This document shows, piece by piece, positions 46,242 through 56,869 of a stretch of DNA of 64,000 nucleotides (its first letter is position 1; each line of letters begins with the position of its first letter). The notes under the pieces are model-generated. The model worked only from the letters and a program-made list of their open reading frames with translations, was not told where the DNA came from and made no database searches. Position numbers and translations under genes: made by a program. The stretch is taken from contig CAYRIU010000046.1 of NCBI GenBank assembly GCA_964424615.1, positions 525-64,524 of the forward strand, given 5' to 3'. This DNA is from an uncultured Gammaproteobacteria bacterium. GTDB lineage: Bacteria; Patescibacteriota; Patescibacteriia; UBA1558; GWA2-36-10.

Positions 46242-46556
46242 TTATCTACTAATAGCCAGGCCAAACATAGCTAAAAATGTAAAGATAAACAAATAAGCTA
46301 ATTTATAGAACAAGAGCTTTACGGCTTCTTTTTTTTGACCATCCAAATACCACATGATCGAGCGACCAAAAATAGTCATGCCCATCACAGCTACTGAAAA
46401 AACTAAAAGTAACAAAAAGACTACTGGACTAAACATGTTGTCATCCGGTCCAAAAATCTGATTGGCATTTCTCAAAAATAAGGCAATCAAGAAAATATAA
46501 AATACTGCTGCCAAAACCTCGCCTAAAGCATAACGCAAAATCATTTTTTTGTTCAT
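46242..46556 (-). CDS. hypothetical membrane protein
   Basis: Three TM segments. Confidence 0.65.
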   Translation of the reverse strand: MNKKMILRYALGEVLAAVFYIFLIALFLRNANQIFGPDDNMFSPVVFLLLLVFSVAVMGMTIFGRSIMWYLDGQKKEAVKLLFYKLAYLFIFTFLAMFGLAISR

Positions 46557-46635
46557 AATATATACGGTTAATAATAAATCACAACCCTATATTGATAATA
46601 ACAAAAAATCGCCTAAAAGGCGATTTTTTAAACTG

Positions 46636-47061
46636 CTATTGAGATACAGCGGGATTGTTGGGTAAATTTGGGCTTAATTGGATGCCTTTAGCACTCACAC
46701 TACCGTCAGAATTAGTAGTGCCAATCACCATAATATTATTACCAGCTGCCAAATCTTCTAATGAAGCGTCCGCCATCTTACTCACTGTGGTGGAGCTAGA
46801 TAATAAAATTATTTTTGAACCACCATCACGTAATTTCATAGTAATACTCTGAGCATCTTTACTCAATATTTCACCGTTTATAAAACCACCTGCCCCCTGT
46901 CTACTCCCAGGAGTTTGGCCACTGTTGAAATTAGCACGATTAAAATTACCAGCTTGTCGCACATTACTATTTTTCTTCATTCCATAAAGCATACCACCAT
47001 AAAATGATACGCCCCCAACCACTATACATAAAATAATGGTAATAATTAAATTTTTTTTCAT
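46636..47061 (-). CDS. membrane-anchored DUF5666-like accessory protein of the ABC operon
   Basis: FYGGM TM, GEILSKD and VIGTTNSDGSVSA. Confidence 0.65.
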   Translation of the reverse strand: MKKNLIITIILCIVVGGVSFYGGMLYGMKKNSNVRQAGNFNRANFNSGQTPGSRQGAGGFINGEILSKDAQSITMKLRDGGSKIILLSSSTTVSKMADASLEDLAAGNNIMVIGTTNSDGSVSAKGIQLSPNLPNNPAVSQ

Positions 47062-47085
47062 ATTATTTAAATTAATTTTTAAATA

Positions 47086-48309
47086 TTATTCAAAACGTAA
47101 AGCATCAATAGGATTGAAACGGGCGGCTCTCTTGGCTGGATAATACCCAAAGGCAATGCCAATAAAAGCTGAAACGCCAAAAGCCAAAATAATAGATAAG
47201 CCAGAAACTTTGGTTGCTATACCACCCAGTTGTGAGGCTAACAATGCTGCCAACCAACCCAATATGACTCCCAATATACCACCAACAAATGTTAGAGTTA
47301 TAGCTTCTACCAAAAATTGATTGCTAATATCTCTACGTTTAGCACCTATAGCCTTGCGCAGACCTATTTCTCTAGTACGCTCAGTCACATTGGTAAGCAT
47401 CATATTCATAATACCGATACCACCCACCAGCAAAGAAATAGCAGCCACCGAACCCAATAAAATAGTAAAGGTGTTGGCTACAGACGAAGCAGTAGCTACA
47501 ATATCTGCTTGATTCAAAGTGCTAAAATCAGCAGCACTCGGATCACTAATATTGTGCCTCTCCAAAAGCAAAGCTGTAATTTCTTCCTGCAAATTTGTCA
47601 TAGATTTTTGGTCTTTAGCTTGCACGCTTATGGTACTAACTTTATCACTGCCTGACAAAAATTGCTGAGCTGTTGATATTGGCACAAAAAGCATATCATC
47701 TTGATTACTAAAACCAGTGCCACCCTTGGCTTTGGTTACACCAATAACTTTGAACTCTATTTGTTTGATCCTGATAGTCTGTCCAACTGGATTGACACCT
47801 TCACCAAAAATATCGTCTCGCACCGTTGGGCCCAAAACTACTACCTTAGATTTATTTTTAACATTCTGATCACTAATAAATGATCCTAAATCTATTTCTA
47901 CATTTCTGATGCTAGTATAGTCAGCATTAGTACCAACTACTGAGGTATTGGTGTTTGTGCCCTTGGCTGTCACCTGATAGCGACCAGATAATTCTGGAGC
48001 TACGGCAGCCGCCAAACTTATTTCTGCAGCAATAGCCTCTGCATCACCCTGAGTCAGAGTCTGTGCTGATCCTCTTCCTTGGCTGACTTGCATACCCACA
48101 CCTCTTTGAGCTCCTGGCATCACCAAAACTAGATTAGACCCCAACGACTGAATACTAGACTGGATATTACTTTGTGAACCCTGTCCTATAGCTATCATAG
48201 CAATCACTGAAGCAATACCAATTACTATACCCAAAATAGTCAAACTAGACCTTGCTTTGTTGGCCAGTAATGCCAAATATGTTTCATCAAATAAATCTTG
48301 TGCATGCAT
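47086..48309 (-). CDS. MacB/FtsX-type ABC permease
   Basis: RSSLTILGIVIG, GGIGIMNMML and ERTREIGLRKAIGA. Confidence 0.93.
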   Translation of the reverse strand: MHAQDLFDETYLALLANKARSSLTILGIVIGIASVIAMIAIGQGSQSNIQSSIQSLGSNLVLVMPGAQRGVGMQVSQGRGSAQTLTQGDAEAIAAEISLAAAVAPELSGRYQVTAKGTNTNTSVVGTNADYTSIRNVEIDLGSFISDQNVKNKSKVVVLGPTVRDDIFGEGVNPVGQTIRIKQIEFKVIGVTKAKGGTGFSNQDDMLFVPISTAQQFLSGSDKVSTISVQAKDQKSMTNLQEEITALLLERHNISDPSAADFSTLNQADIVATASSVANTFTILLGSVAAISLLVGGIGIMNMMLTNVTERTREIGLRKAIGAKRRDISNQFLVEAITLTFVGGILGVILGWLAALLASQLGGIATKVSGLSIILAFGVSAFIGIAFGYYPAKRAARFNPIDALRFE

Positions 48310-48312
48310 AAA

Positions 48313-49011
48313 TTAAAATTTATGGGGATTCAAATTTTTTTTATCTTCCACTATCAAACCATCGCGAATTTGTATAATTCTGTCGGCACAATTAGCCACA
48401 TCATGCTCATGAGTAATCAAAATAATAGTTCTCTTTTGGGTTCTATTCAAGGATTGAAAAGTGCTCAAAACTACTTCTCCTGTTTTGGTATCAAGGTTGC
48501 CAGTAGGTTCGTCAGCTAAAATCAAATTTGGGTTATTGACTAGAGCTCTAGCAATAGCTACTCTCTGCATTTGTCCGCCTGATAGTTGATTGGAGTGATG
48601 ATAAAAATGCGACTCATCCAGGCCAGCATTTTTTAATGCTTCTCTGGCTTGAATCTCTCTTTTTTCTCTAGGTATATCAGCATACACTAGTGGTAATACC
48701 ACATTACGCAAAACCGTTGCCCTCGGCAACAAATTAAAACTTTGAAATACAAAACCTATTTTATGTTTACGAATATCGGCTAACTCATCTTCAGACAAAT
48801 CTGAAACTTTTTGTCCAGCCAAAAAATAATCGCCCGAACTTGCAGTATCCAAAGCACCCAAAATATGCATCAAAGTAGATTTACCAGAACCGGATGGTCC
48901 TATAATGGCAACAAACTCCCCGTCAGCAATATCAAAAGATACTCCTTTCAATACGGTGGTGACATTGTTACCACTTTGATAAACTTTGGTAATATTTTTA
49001 CACTCTATCAT
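48313..49011 (-). CDS. MacB/LolD-type ABC ATPase
   Basis: [18 protein letters not shown] and ADEPTGNLD. Confidence 0.94.
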   Translation of the reverse strand: MIECKNITKVYQSGNNVTTVLKGVSFDIADGEFVAIIGPSGSGKSTLMHILGALDTASSGDYFLAGQKVSDLSEDELADIRKHKIGFVFQSFNLLPRATVLRNVVLPLVYADIPREKREIQAREALKNAGLDESHFYHHSNQLSGGQMQRVAIARALVNNPNLILADEPTGNLDTKTGEVVLSTFQSLNRTQKRTIILITHEHDVANCADRIIQIRDGLIVEDKKNLNPHKF

Positions 49012-49016
49012 AAAGA

Positions 49017-50801
49017 TTATCTAGGTATAAAACCACCGCCCGTAGCTCGAGTACCGCCTGTACTACCAGTGCTTTGCAAAATACTTTTGCCATTGGTACT
49101 GCTACTAGTAGTCTTTGAGTTGGCAGTAGTTTTGATAATCACCACATCGCCTTCCTGCAAACCACTGACAAGCTCAGTCATACTATCGTCACTTAAACCA
49201 ATTGTAATTGTTTTTTGAGTGGGCTGATTTTTCAAGGTAATAGCCTGACCAGCACTAATCACATCATCAGTGATAGTATCTGCTGGCATCTCTACATAAT
49301 AGCTATCACCAAGAGATTTGACGGCAGCATTATCAATCAATAAAACATCAGATCGCAGATCAGTAATAATAGCTGCCGAAGCTGTCATGCCTGGTTTTAC
49401 TCTATCATCTTGAGTATCTAGAGCAATCTTGGCAGTATAGGTGACGACCCCCTGACTGACAGTACCCATGGCATCCATTTCAACTACGGAGCCACTGATA
49501 CTCAAACTATCTACAGCATCAAAGGTCAGAGTAGCTTTTTGACCAATCTTTATTTGGGAAGCATCTACTTCATTAAAGGGTATCTCTACTATACTTTGTT
49601 TAGTAATCAAAGTAGCTACCGCTGTAGCAGTTGAAGCTGTGTCTCCTTTGGTGGCTGACACGGCAGCAATCACACCATCAAATGGCGCTCTCAATGTATA
49701 GTCAGCTAATTTTTCTCGTACATCACTTAAGGCATTTTGCTTTTGTTGCACTGCTAATTCCTGCGCCTGCAAATCTAAAGCATCCGTACCTGCTTGTAGA
49801 TTGGCTAGGGTCGTCTGCTTTTCCTCTATACTACGCGTAGCAGTGACTATCGTATCTTTGGCTGATTGTATGCTAGTACTAGTATTTAGTAAACTCAATA
49901 GATATGTATTACTAGTGCCAGTATAGCCATTCAAACTACTCAAATGAGTATAAGAGATAGGAGATATGGCTATATTGCGTGCATTAGATTTGTCTTGATA
50001 AAATTGAATTAAATTATTAGCATTTTTAATAGCCTCGGCTATATACTTAGTGGTGTTATAAGTTTGCAAAATCAAAGCTTCAATAGTAGCCTCATCAGAA
50101 AAACGACTAGCTGATTTATAGGCAGCAAAATTTTGATCATAAAGATTGCGAGCATTTTGATAAGACTCAGCTGCGTCATCACGATACTGCTTTACCGACT
50201 CATCGTAGTATTTGGTATTATCATTGTACCAATCTATATTATATTGATTGACGGTAATTTCATTTTTATACAAGACGTCGTGTAATCCTGTGATGACGTC
50301 TGGCAATGCCAAAAAAGCATTAGCTACATTATTAAAGCCATCCTCATAAGCTTTTTGTAGATTTTCTTCTGCTTGTTTTTTATTTTCCTGCGCACTAGTC
50401 AAGGCATTTTCTGCCTGCAATAAAGACAGGGCTTCGGCTGGTTGTTGTAATTTTTGTAAAGACAACTTTGCACTAGCCAAGTTCACTTCTGCATCACGCA
50501 AACTTTTATAAATATCAGTGGCATCAATTTGTGCTATGATATCACCACTTTTCACCTCCTGACCCTGCACTACTGCAATCTTCACCACTTCACCGCTAGC
50601 CTTGGGTGTCAAATCTATTTGATTAGAAGCCGAGACTTGACCACTACCAGAAACTGTCTTTATCAACGAACCTTTGGTGATTTTGCCCAAGGTGTAGGTG
50701 GTTTGTACATTTTTACTACTAATACTCTGCCAAATAAAATAAGCGATGCCTGCTAAAATAAGCAAAACAATCGCTCCCCAAATTTTTTTCTTTTTAGACA
50801 T
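49017..50801 (-). CDS. efflux adaptor (MacA/HlyD family) with a long coiled coil
   Basis: N-terminal TM, VVQGQEVKSGD, LRAPFDG and KPGMTA. Confidence 0.88.
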   Translation of the reverse strand: MSKKKKIWGAIVLLILAGIAYFIWQSISSKNVQTTYTLGKITKGSLIKTVSGSGQVSASNQIDLTPKASGEVVKIAVVQGQEVKSGDIIAQIDATDIYKSLRDAEVNLASAKLSLQKLQQPAEALSLLQAENALTSAQENKKQAEENLQKAYEDGFNNVANAFLALPDVITGLHDVLYKNEITVNQYNIDWYNDNTKYYDESVKQYRDDAAESYQNARNLYDQNFAAYKSASRFSDEATIEALILQTYNTTKYIAEAIKNANNLIQFYQDKSNARNIAISPISYTHLSSLNGYTGTSNTYLLSLLNTSTSIQSAKDTIVTATRSIEEKQTTLANLQAGTDALDLQAQELAVQQKQNALSDVREKLADYTLRAPFDGVIAAVSATKGDTASTATAVATLITKQSIVEIPFNEVDASQIKIGQKATLTFDAVDSLSISGSVVEMDAMGTVSQGVVTYTAKIALDTQDDRVKPGMTASAAIITDLRSDVLLIDNAAVKSLGDSYYVEMPADTITDDVISAGQAITLKNQPTQKTITIGLSDDSMTELVSGLQEGDVVIIKTTANSKTTSSSTNGKSILQSTGSTGGTRATGGGFIPR

Positions 50802-50857
50802 AAATAATATATAAACATGCATTTAAAAACTAGTATCAAAGTCTATACACTCTATAT

Positions 50858-50886
50858 ATTACGCTAAAAAATCAAGATTTATTTCA
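50858..50886 (-). promoter_or_regulatory. ECF promoter TGAAAT-17-CGTAAT
   Basis: Same motif at 51435-51463 and 52755-52783. Confidence 0.75.
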
Positions 50887-50941
50887 AAAATAAAAACACC
50901 CCGTATTTTGGGGTGTTTTTATAAGGTGAATCATGAAAAAA

Positions 50942-51382
50942 TTATTTTGCTTGATTTTGAGTATTAGCTGTTCCTAAACCCTGTCCTCTCATACCCATAC
51001 CTCTACCTTCCATATGACCATTACCCATACCTGGTCCAAACATGCCTAGCTCATCAAAAATTGCTTTAGCCTCATCGTACTTACCATCTTGCATCAATTG
51101 ATGTGCTTGAGTTAATTTATTGAAAGTATCTTGGTTGATCTTAGCCTCTAGATCAGTGGCTTGCTGACGCATCTCGGAGACTCTAGTGGTCATGGCTGAT
51201 GACCAAGTAGTATAATCGTTGTTGGTGATAGCTTGTTGTACTTGAGCACGATTGTCGTTGTCAACTGTGCCATTACCAGTACTGTTACTCTTGCCACCAA
51301 AAGCTAAAGTGGTAGATGATACAGCTAATGTAGTGACTAACAAGCCTAGAAAAGCTGCTAATAAATATTGTTTTTTGTTCAT
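50942..51382 (-). CDS. secreted helical protein with a Gly/Met-rich tail
   Basis: Signal peptide; lies in the ECF regulon. Confidence 0.7.
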   Translation of the reverse strand: MNKKQYLLAAFLGLLVTTLAVSSTTLAFGGKSNSTGNGTVDNDNRAQVQQAITNNDYTTWSSAMTTRVSEMRQQATDLEAKINQDTFNKLTQAHQLMQDGKYDEAKAIFDELGMFGPGMGNGHMEGRGMGMRGQGLGTANTQNQAK

Positions 51383-51434
51383 AAATTATCTATTTAATAA
51401 TTAATTGAAGTTGGCCTAACCTCTTGCACTAGAC

Positions 51435-51463
51435 TATACGCCAAGCATCAAAAAAATATTTCA
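51435..51463 (-). promoter_or_regulatory. ECF promoter TGAAAT-17-CGTATA
   Basis: Motif repeated three times in the locus. Confidence 0.75.
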
Positions 51464-51471
51464 CTGTCATA

Positions 51472-52173
51472 TTATGGACGGAAAAACATAGGTGGTGGAC
51501 CAGGATTTTTGAGCCAAGGCTTGATGCTTTCACAAATAAAATTATCATCGTCGGCCATATGCCCTATCAACATCACTCTCTGCCCTACTTGGAAACTATC
51601 GGTGCTAGTACTGATGCTCCAGGATCTACCGCCAAAATCTTCTACCGTGATAAAATCTGGTGATATGACAGTGACTACACCAGCTAAATGCCCCTTGTCT
51701 GGCTCTACTAACATTCTACCACCATGTCTAAACATTTGTTTATAAAATGGGACTTGTCTGAAAAATGTTTCTTCCAGTTTTTGACCAAAACCCACAAAAT
51801 ATATAATGTACCCCAAGAGACCACTCAAAATTACACTAAACAATACTATCACTATAGGACGATATTTATAACCTCTTTTAGTGTTTTTGAAGTCGTACCA
51901 AGCTACCAAGGAAAATAAAGATAAGCTCAATAGCCAAAATAATGGTAAATTTATCCATAACCTTTCTAGCGGACTAAAACCAGGGGCCATATCTAGCCAA
52001 GCTACATGTTTAAAGACAAAAATAGTCACAGAAGATGCTAGTCCACCCAATATGATAGCCACAATAAAAATCAGCCACAACAAATAGTCTTTAAATAAAA
52101 ACTCCCAACGTTTTTTTGGCTGGATATTTTGCTCTTTTATTTTATCTAATATTTCTTTGGCGTAATTTTCCAT
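51472..52173 (-). CDS. putative anti-sigma membrane protein
   Basis: Three TMs, directly downstream of the ECF sigma gene. Confidence 0.6.
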   Translation of the reverse strand: MENYAKEILDKIKEQNIQPKKRWEFLFKDYLLWLIFIVAIILGGLASSVTIFVFKHVAWLDMAPGFSPLERLWINLPLFWLLSLSLFSLVAWYDFKNTKRGYKYRPIVIVLFSVILSGLLGYIIYFVGFGQKLEETFFRQVPFYKQMFRHGGRMLVEPDKGHLAGVVTVISPDFITVEDFGGRSWSISTSTDSFQVGQRVMLIGHMADDDNFICESIKPWLKNPGPPPMFFRP

Positions 52174-52177
52174 ATAT

Positions 52178-52747
52178 TTATTGTTTAAATTCTTTTTGTA
52201 AGGCTATCTTGCTACGACGCAACAGGGTACCTACGGTACTTGGTGGTTTTTTGATAATATCAGAAATTTCCTCATAAGATCTATCTTCTAAATATTTCAA
52301 AATCACCACTTCTCTATATTTACTATCTAGATTGGCCAAAACTCTAGCCACTTTTTCTTTCAACAAGCTCTGATCGATGTCTTGATTGATGTCAAAATCA
52401 CTGACAAAATGCTCACAAGCTTCTAGATCTAAATCAAACAAAGAAACTTGGGGGCGACTTTTATTTTTACGATAATTACTAATAGCTTGATTACGAGCTA
52501 TACGATAAACCCAAGAAGAAAATTTCAAACTCTGATCAAAGTCATTTAAATTTTGATAAACTTTGATAAATACTTCCTGCAATAAATCTTGTGCATCGTC
52601 ATAATTCAAACCTGAGATCCTCTGAATAAAACGCAACAATTTTTTTTCGTAGCGATTGACCAAATGCAAAAAATTCTCCTGATCCAACAAGGTTAGTTTT
52701 ACTAGCTCTATGTCGCTTTTTTCAAGCAAATCATCATTCACCGCCAT
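52178..52747 (-). CDS. ECF sigma factor (SigW-like)
   Basis: AQDLLQEVFIK, FSSWVYRIARN and SYEEISDII. Confidence 0.92.
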   Translation of the reverse strand: MAVNDDLLEKSDIELVKLTLLDQENFLHLVNRYEKKLLRFIQRISGLNYDDAQDLLQEVFIKVYQNLNDFDQSLKFSSWVYRIARNQAISNYRKNKSRPQVSLFDLDLEACEHFVSDFDINQDIDQSLLKEKVARVLANLDSKYREVVILKYLEDRSYEEISDIIKKPPSTVGTLLRRSKIALQKEFKQ

Positions 52748-52754
52748 ATATTTT

Positions 52755-52783
52755 AATACGCAAATAATATACTATTTATTTCA
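52755..52783 (-). promoter_or_regulatory. autoregulatory ECF promoter TGAAAT-17-CGTATT
   Basis: Immediately upstream of the sigma ATG. Confidence 0.75.
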
Positions 52784-52961
52784 AAGATATTTATTGGCTC
52801 AAAACCTCTCACCTTGACTACAGCATAACAAAAATAGACAATAATTCAAAGTGGTTTCATTGATTGACAAAAAGCAAAAATTGGCGTTATATATTGACAA
52901 AGTCCGCAAAGAATCACACCACACAGGACGCCCGTCCTTCACAACTGTCTAGGAGGCAAAC

Positions 52962-54026
52962 ATGGCTAACTCCGAAGAAATCATGCTGCTCTGCGGCGGT
53001 GGTGATACTAATCACCTGGCTCAAAAAATCATCGAAGTAGTCAACAACCGACGCATCGGCCAAAGAGAACTCAAGCTCTCACACACTGACTTCGGCTGGT
53101 TTGCCGACGAAGAACCAGATCATGCCTTTGACGAATGGGACAAAATTCGTAACAAGCATATCGTTTTGTTCTTGAGCACACACAGCCCAGAACTAGCCAT
53201 GGAGCTCTTGATCCTCATCCGAGCGATCAAAAAAAGATACGGTGCCAAGAGCCTGACCGTGGTCCAGCCCTTCATGGCTTTCCGACGCCAAGACCACCCA
53301 GAGATCAAAGAAGAGTTTGACATGAACCTCTGGTTCATTGAGAACTTGAAAGCCAATGGCGCTGACCGTGTCATACTCTGCGACATTCACTCCGAGCAGA
53401 CGCTAAAAAACTGCGTTGAAGTCGGCCTAGAAGCTCACCACGTCAAACCTACTCCACTCTACGCTGCTGCCCTGAAAGAACCAATTGCTCAGGCCAAGGA
53501 GCTCGGTAAGCATACCAAGATCCTGTCGCCAGACAAGGGTTCTCTACTTCGTGCTATTGCTCTAGCCAAGATCCTCAGTGTGCCGGTGTTGCTATCTCTC
53601 AAAAAAAGAAGCGAGACCGGCAACATTGTCACCAATGTCCCACCGACACCGTCCGATCTCGAGCTGATCGCAGCTATGGAGCAAAAGCACGGTATCAAGA
53701 TCGAGCTCATGAGTGAAGAAATGGTCCGAGATGCCCACATCATCATCCGTGAGGATGAGCTCGACACTGGCGGCACCGCAGCTGACACCTGTCGTGATCT
53801 GCTCCGTGCTGGAGCCTACCAAGGCATCTTGGTCGTGACACACATGAAGTGCTCTCCAGGCTGGAAACGCAAGGTCGGTCGTCGCCGGACCAGTCCTTTC
53901 ACTAGAGTAATTGCCGGTGATACCATCAATCGCTCTTACGAAGACCAGACCGGTGGTCTGGTGGTCAATGTCAGTGTGGCACCAGTCATTGCCGAGAAGT
54001 TGACCGAAATCCTAGACGCCCTGTGA
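52962..54026 (+). CDS. divergent ribose-phosphate pyrophosphokinase-like protein
   Basis: FADEE, PFMAFRRQD, DIHSEQ, SPDKG and DELDTGGT; GC-richer, AGGAGG RBS. Confidence 0.75.
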   Translation: MANSEEIMLLCGGGDTNHLAQKIIEVVNNRRIGQRELKLSHTDFGWFADEEPDHAFDEWDKIRNKHIVLFLSTHSPELAMELLILIRAIKKRYGAKSLTVVQPFMAFRRQDHPEIKEEFDMNLWFIENLKANGADRVILCDIHSEQTLKNCVEVGLEAHHVKPTPLYAAALKEPIAQAKELGKHTKILSPDKGSLLRAIALAKILSVPVLLSLKKRSETGNIVTNVPPTPSDLELIAAMEQKHGIKIELMSEEMVRDAHIIIREDELDTGGTAADTCRDLLRAGAYQGILVVTHMKCSPGWKRKVGRRRTSPFTRVIAGDTINRSYEDQTGGLVVNVSVAPVIAEKLTEILDAL

Positions 54027-54045
54027 TCCACTAGGACCACAAAAC

Positions 54046-54079
54046 AAAACCCCCAGCGAGTCTGCTCGCTGGGGGTTTT
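54046..54079. terminator. bidirectional intrinsic terminator
   Basis: aaaacccccagcgag-tctg-ctcgctgggggtttt between convergent genes. Confidence 0.85.
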
Positions 54080-54099
54080 AAATATATAAAACTAAAAAA

Positions 54100-55029
54100 C
54101 TACAACCACTTCTTTTTATAAAAAATAAACAAAAATAGTATGACAGCAATAAAAGATATAACCAACACATAAACAAAAGCTAGCGGATGTGTAGCCAGTG
54201 GCAATGTGACATTCATACCAAACAAACTAGCCACAATAGTAGGTATAGTCATAATAATAGTAAAGGCTGTCAAAAATTGGATGGTCCTATTTAGTTTATT
54301 GGTAAACAAAATCTGATATGAATCACGCAAGCTTTTGATGCTCTTTAAATTTACTTGGCAAATTTCTGTTGATTGCCTGATACTGATGATCATGTCGTTT
54401 AATAGATCGTTGTCATCTTCTTCTAGCTTGAAATAGTTGCCAGTCACCATACCCTCAAAAACATTGCGTACTGGTATCAGGGCCGACATATATTGATTGA
54501 GTAAATCCTCATATCTAATCAGTTCATTGATATCATCATCCGTGACCGATTCTATCTTTTTCTTTTGGGAGGCAACTAGGTTATTCACTTCACGCACCCT
54601 AGAGCTAAATCTCTGAGAAATCTTCAAAAAAATGTGAATCAACAATTTGGCTTTTTGGCTAGTAGCAATAGCTAGACTATTTTTCAAAATATCTTTGATC
54701 ACCTTGTCCTCAAAAAGAGCCAAACTAATAAAATATTTTTCTGTGACGATAAAAGTCAATGGTGTAGTATGAATCAAATCTTTGGCATTGATCTGCTCAC
54801 GAGGAATACGTATAAAAAATAACAGCGTTTTTTCTTGTCTCTCTATACGTGGCAACTCGTGCAAGTCCAAAACATCTTGTAAATCTAACAAATCTAGATC
54901 TGACATCTTGGCTAGTTTCTCCAAATCATCATGCTCTAGATGACTAGCATTGATCCAAACATTATCTTGAATCTGATCAAAATTTTCTATGCGATTACTT
55001 TCCTGATCTTTGAAATAGATATTTAACAT
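54100..55029 (-). CDS. corA: CorA-family Mg2+ transporter
   Basis: GMN motif (SLFGMNV), two C-terminal TMs, ends KKKWL. Confidence 0.9.
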   Translation of the reverse strand: MLNIYFKDQESNRIENFDQIQDNVWINASHLEHDDLEKLAKMSDLDLLDLQDVLDLHELPRIERQEKTLLFFIRIPREQINAKDLIHTTPLTFIVTEKYFISLALFEDKVIKDILKNSLAIATSQKAKLLIHIFLKISQRFSSRVREVNNLVASQKKKIESVTDDDINELIRYEDLLNQYMSALIPVRNVFEGMVTGNYFKLEEDDNDLLNDMIISIRQSTEICQVNLKSIKSLRDSYQILFTNKLNRTIQFLTAFTIIMTIPTIVASLFGMNVTLPLATHPLAFVYVLVISFIAVILFLFIFYKKKWL

Positions 55030-55066
55030 AGCTATATTATAACAAAAATTATACTATAATGATATC

Positions 55067-56578
55067 TCAAAATTTAAAAATAGTTTGCTCTCTATCTGGC
55101 CCCACAGAAATGACCTGTATCTGCCCACCAGTATACTGCTCTATAAATTCTACTATAGTCTTGATAGGCTGTGGCAAATTTTCATAATCTGCAATCTCAG
55201 AGATAGCTGATTGCCAACCAGCAAATTCTTTGTATATCGGCTCACAATGATAAAGTATTTCTGAAAAGCGTGGGAAAAAATCTATACTCTGACCAGTTTT
55301 GAGCTCTTGTCCAGCATAAAAGATATCTGGACCATTATACTTATATGCCACTGCTAATTTTATTGTGGAAAATTTATCTAATACATCTACCTTGGTCAAA
55401 GTAATACTAGGCCCATTATACTGCATAGCATACTTGAGGGCGACCAAGTCTAACCAACCATTCCTTCTGGTGCGACCAGTGGTAGCACCATACTCATCGC
55501 CCAACAAACGTACAGCTATACCTAGTTTGAACTGATCGTCGCCAACTAAATATTCCTCCACTCTACTGCCGTGTTCGACTTTTTCTTGCTCTTTGGTAAT
55601 GCCTCGAGAGCAATACTCCTCACTTATACTGCCACCAAATTCTGTAGGAAATGGTCCATTGCCAACTCTGGTCATATAAAAAGCTTTGGCAATACCAAAA
55701 ACATGATCCACATCACCCTCCCTCAAGCCAGCACCGCGAGCTAAGCCATCAATAGTACAATCTGAAGAAGTCTGAAACTTGGTAGTACCAAAGTCAATGC
55801 TAAGTAAGGTGCCTTGCGCTCCCTCTAATAAAATATTTTTGCCACTTGAAAGAGAGTCTCTTACAAAACTCTCAAGATCTATCACGTGTGGCTTGAGCCT
55901 ATTGGCAAAATCACCAGTGTACTTCTCCACTATAGCTTCCACATCCAAAACATTTTCCGGATGAAAATATATTCCTGAGCCCAAATGTGGATGCGCCAAA
56001 ACCTCCTTGGCCATATCTTTGTCCAAAGTAGCTAAAATATTTTTTTTGCTCTCTAGATACTTGGTTAATTTTTCTCTGAATATTTCTGGATTAAAAATAT
56101 CATTGAGAAATAAGGAGTGACGAGCAGTGTAGTCAGTATAGAGAGGTCCGATGCCACGACCAGTTGTGCCGATCTTTTGAACTTTGTCTCCCATGCGGTC
56201 AATCAAAATATGATATGGCAAGACCAACGGTGCTTGGTGACTTATTTTCAAATATTTGATTGATAGGCCAGCATTTTCTAAAACACCCATCTCATCTATC
56301 ACTGCCTGAGGATCAAAAGCTACGCCCCGACCAATAATATTTATCTTGCTACCACTATCATGTAAAATGCCAGATGGTAAAAGATGAAAAATATGTTTCT
56401 GACCATTGACCACTATGGTATGACCAGCATTGGCCCCACCAGTACCACGGATGATAATATCTGCCCAGGTCGATAAGAGGTCGACCAATTTACCCTTGCC
56501 CGTATCACCCCACTGATTACAGACTACTGCTACACAATGCTTATCGCTCAAAAATTTGTTCAATAAATCTTGCCGCAT
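55067..56578 (-). CDS. purA: adenylosuccinate synthetase
   Basis: QWGDTGKGK, GGANAGHT, IGTTGRGIGP, EYGATTGRTRR and TKVDVL. Confidence 0.95.
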   Translation of the reverse strand: MRQDLLNKFLSDKHCVAVVCNQWGDTGKGKLVDLLSTWADIIIRGTGGANAGHTIVVNGQKHIFHLLPSGILHDSGSKINIIGRGVAFDPQAVIDEMGVLENAGLSIKYLKISHQAPLVLPYHILIDRMGDKVQKIGTTGRGIGPLYTDYTARHSLFLNDIFNPEIFREKLTKYLESKKNILATLDKDMAKEVLAHPHLGSGIYFHPENVLDVEAIVEKYTGDFANRLKPHVIDLESFVRDSLSSGKNILLEGAQGTLLSIDFGTTKFQTSSDCTIDGLARGAGLREGDVDHVFGIAKAFYMTRVGNGPFPTEFGGSISEEYCSRGITKEQEKVEHGSRVEEYLVGDDQFKLGIAVRLLGDEYGATTGRTRRNGWLDLVALKYAMQYNGPSITLTKVDVLDKFSTIKLAVAYKYNGPDIFYAGQELKTGQSIDFFPRFSEILYHCEPIYKEFAGWQSAISEIADYENLPQPIKTIVEFIEQYTGGQIQVISVGPDREQTIFKF

Positions 56579-56869
56579 AATTTTTTAGATAATAATCAAC
56601 TTAAGTAGTATAACAAAATATAAAATAAAAAACAGCTACCCAAACTAGCAATTTTATATCTCTTGGTTATTTTTATGATTTAGGCTATAATACTAAAGAT
56701 GTACAAAAAATTGCACAAAAGACATTTGTACCCTAGTCTGAATATCAGACTTTTATTTTTTCAAAAAATACTTAGTTTACCAATATCCCGTCATTGACGG
56801 GATATTTTTTTAGTCTTTTTTATGAAACTCCTAAACTAGCTCACCCCCCCTACCACTGGAGGCTTAGTC

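Noticed and set aside
1777-55029. Genome-wide TAG reassignment suggested by the leuS amber
   Set aside because: TAG ends several genes at their expected C-termini (msrB, corA ...KKKWL, the ABC exporter, hemerythrin), and no other internal TAG was seen in conserved genes
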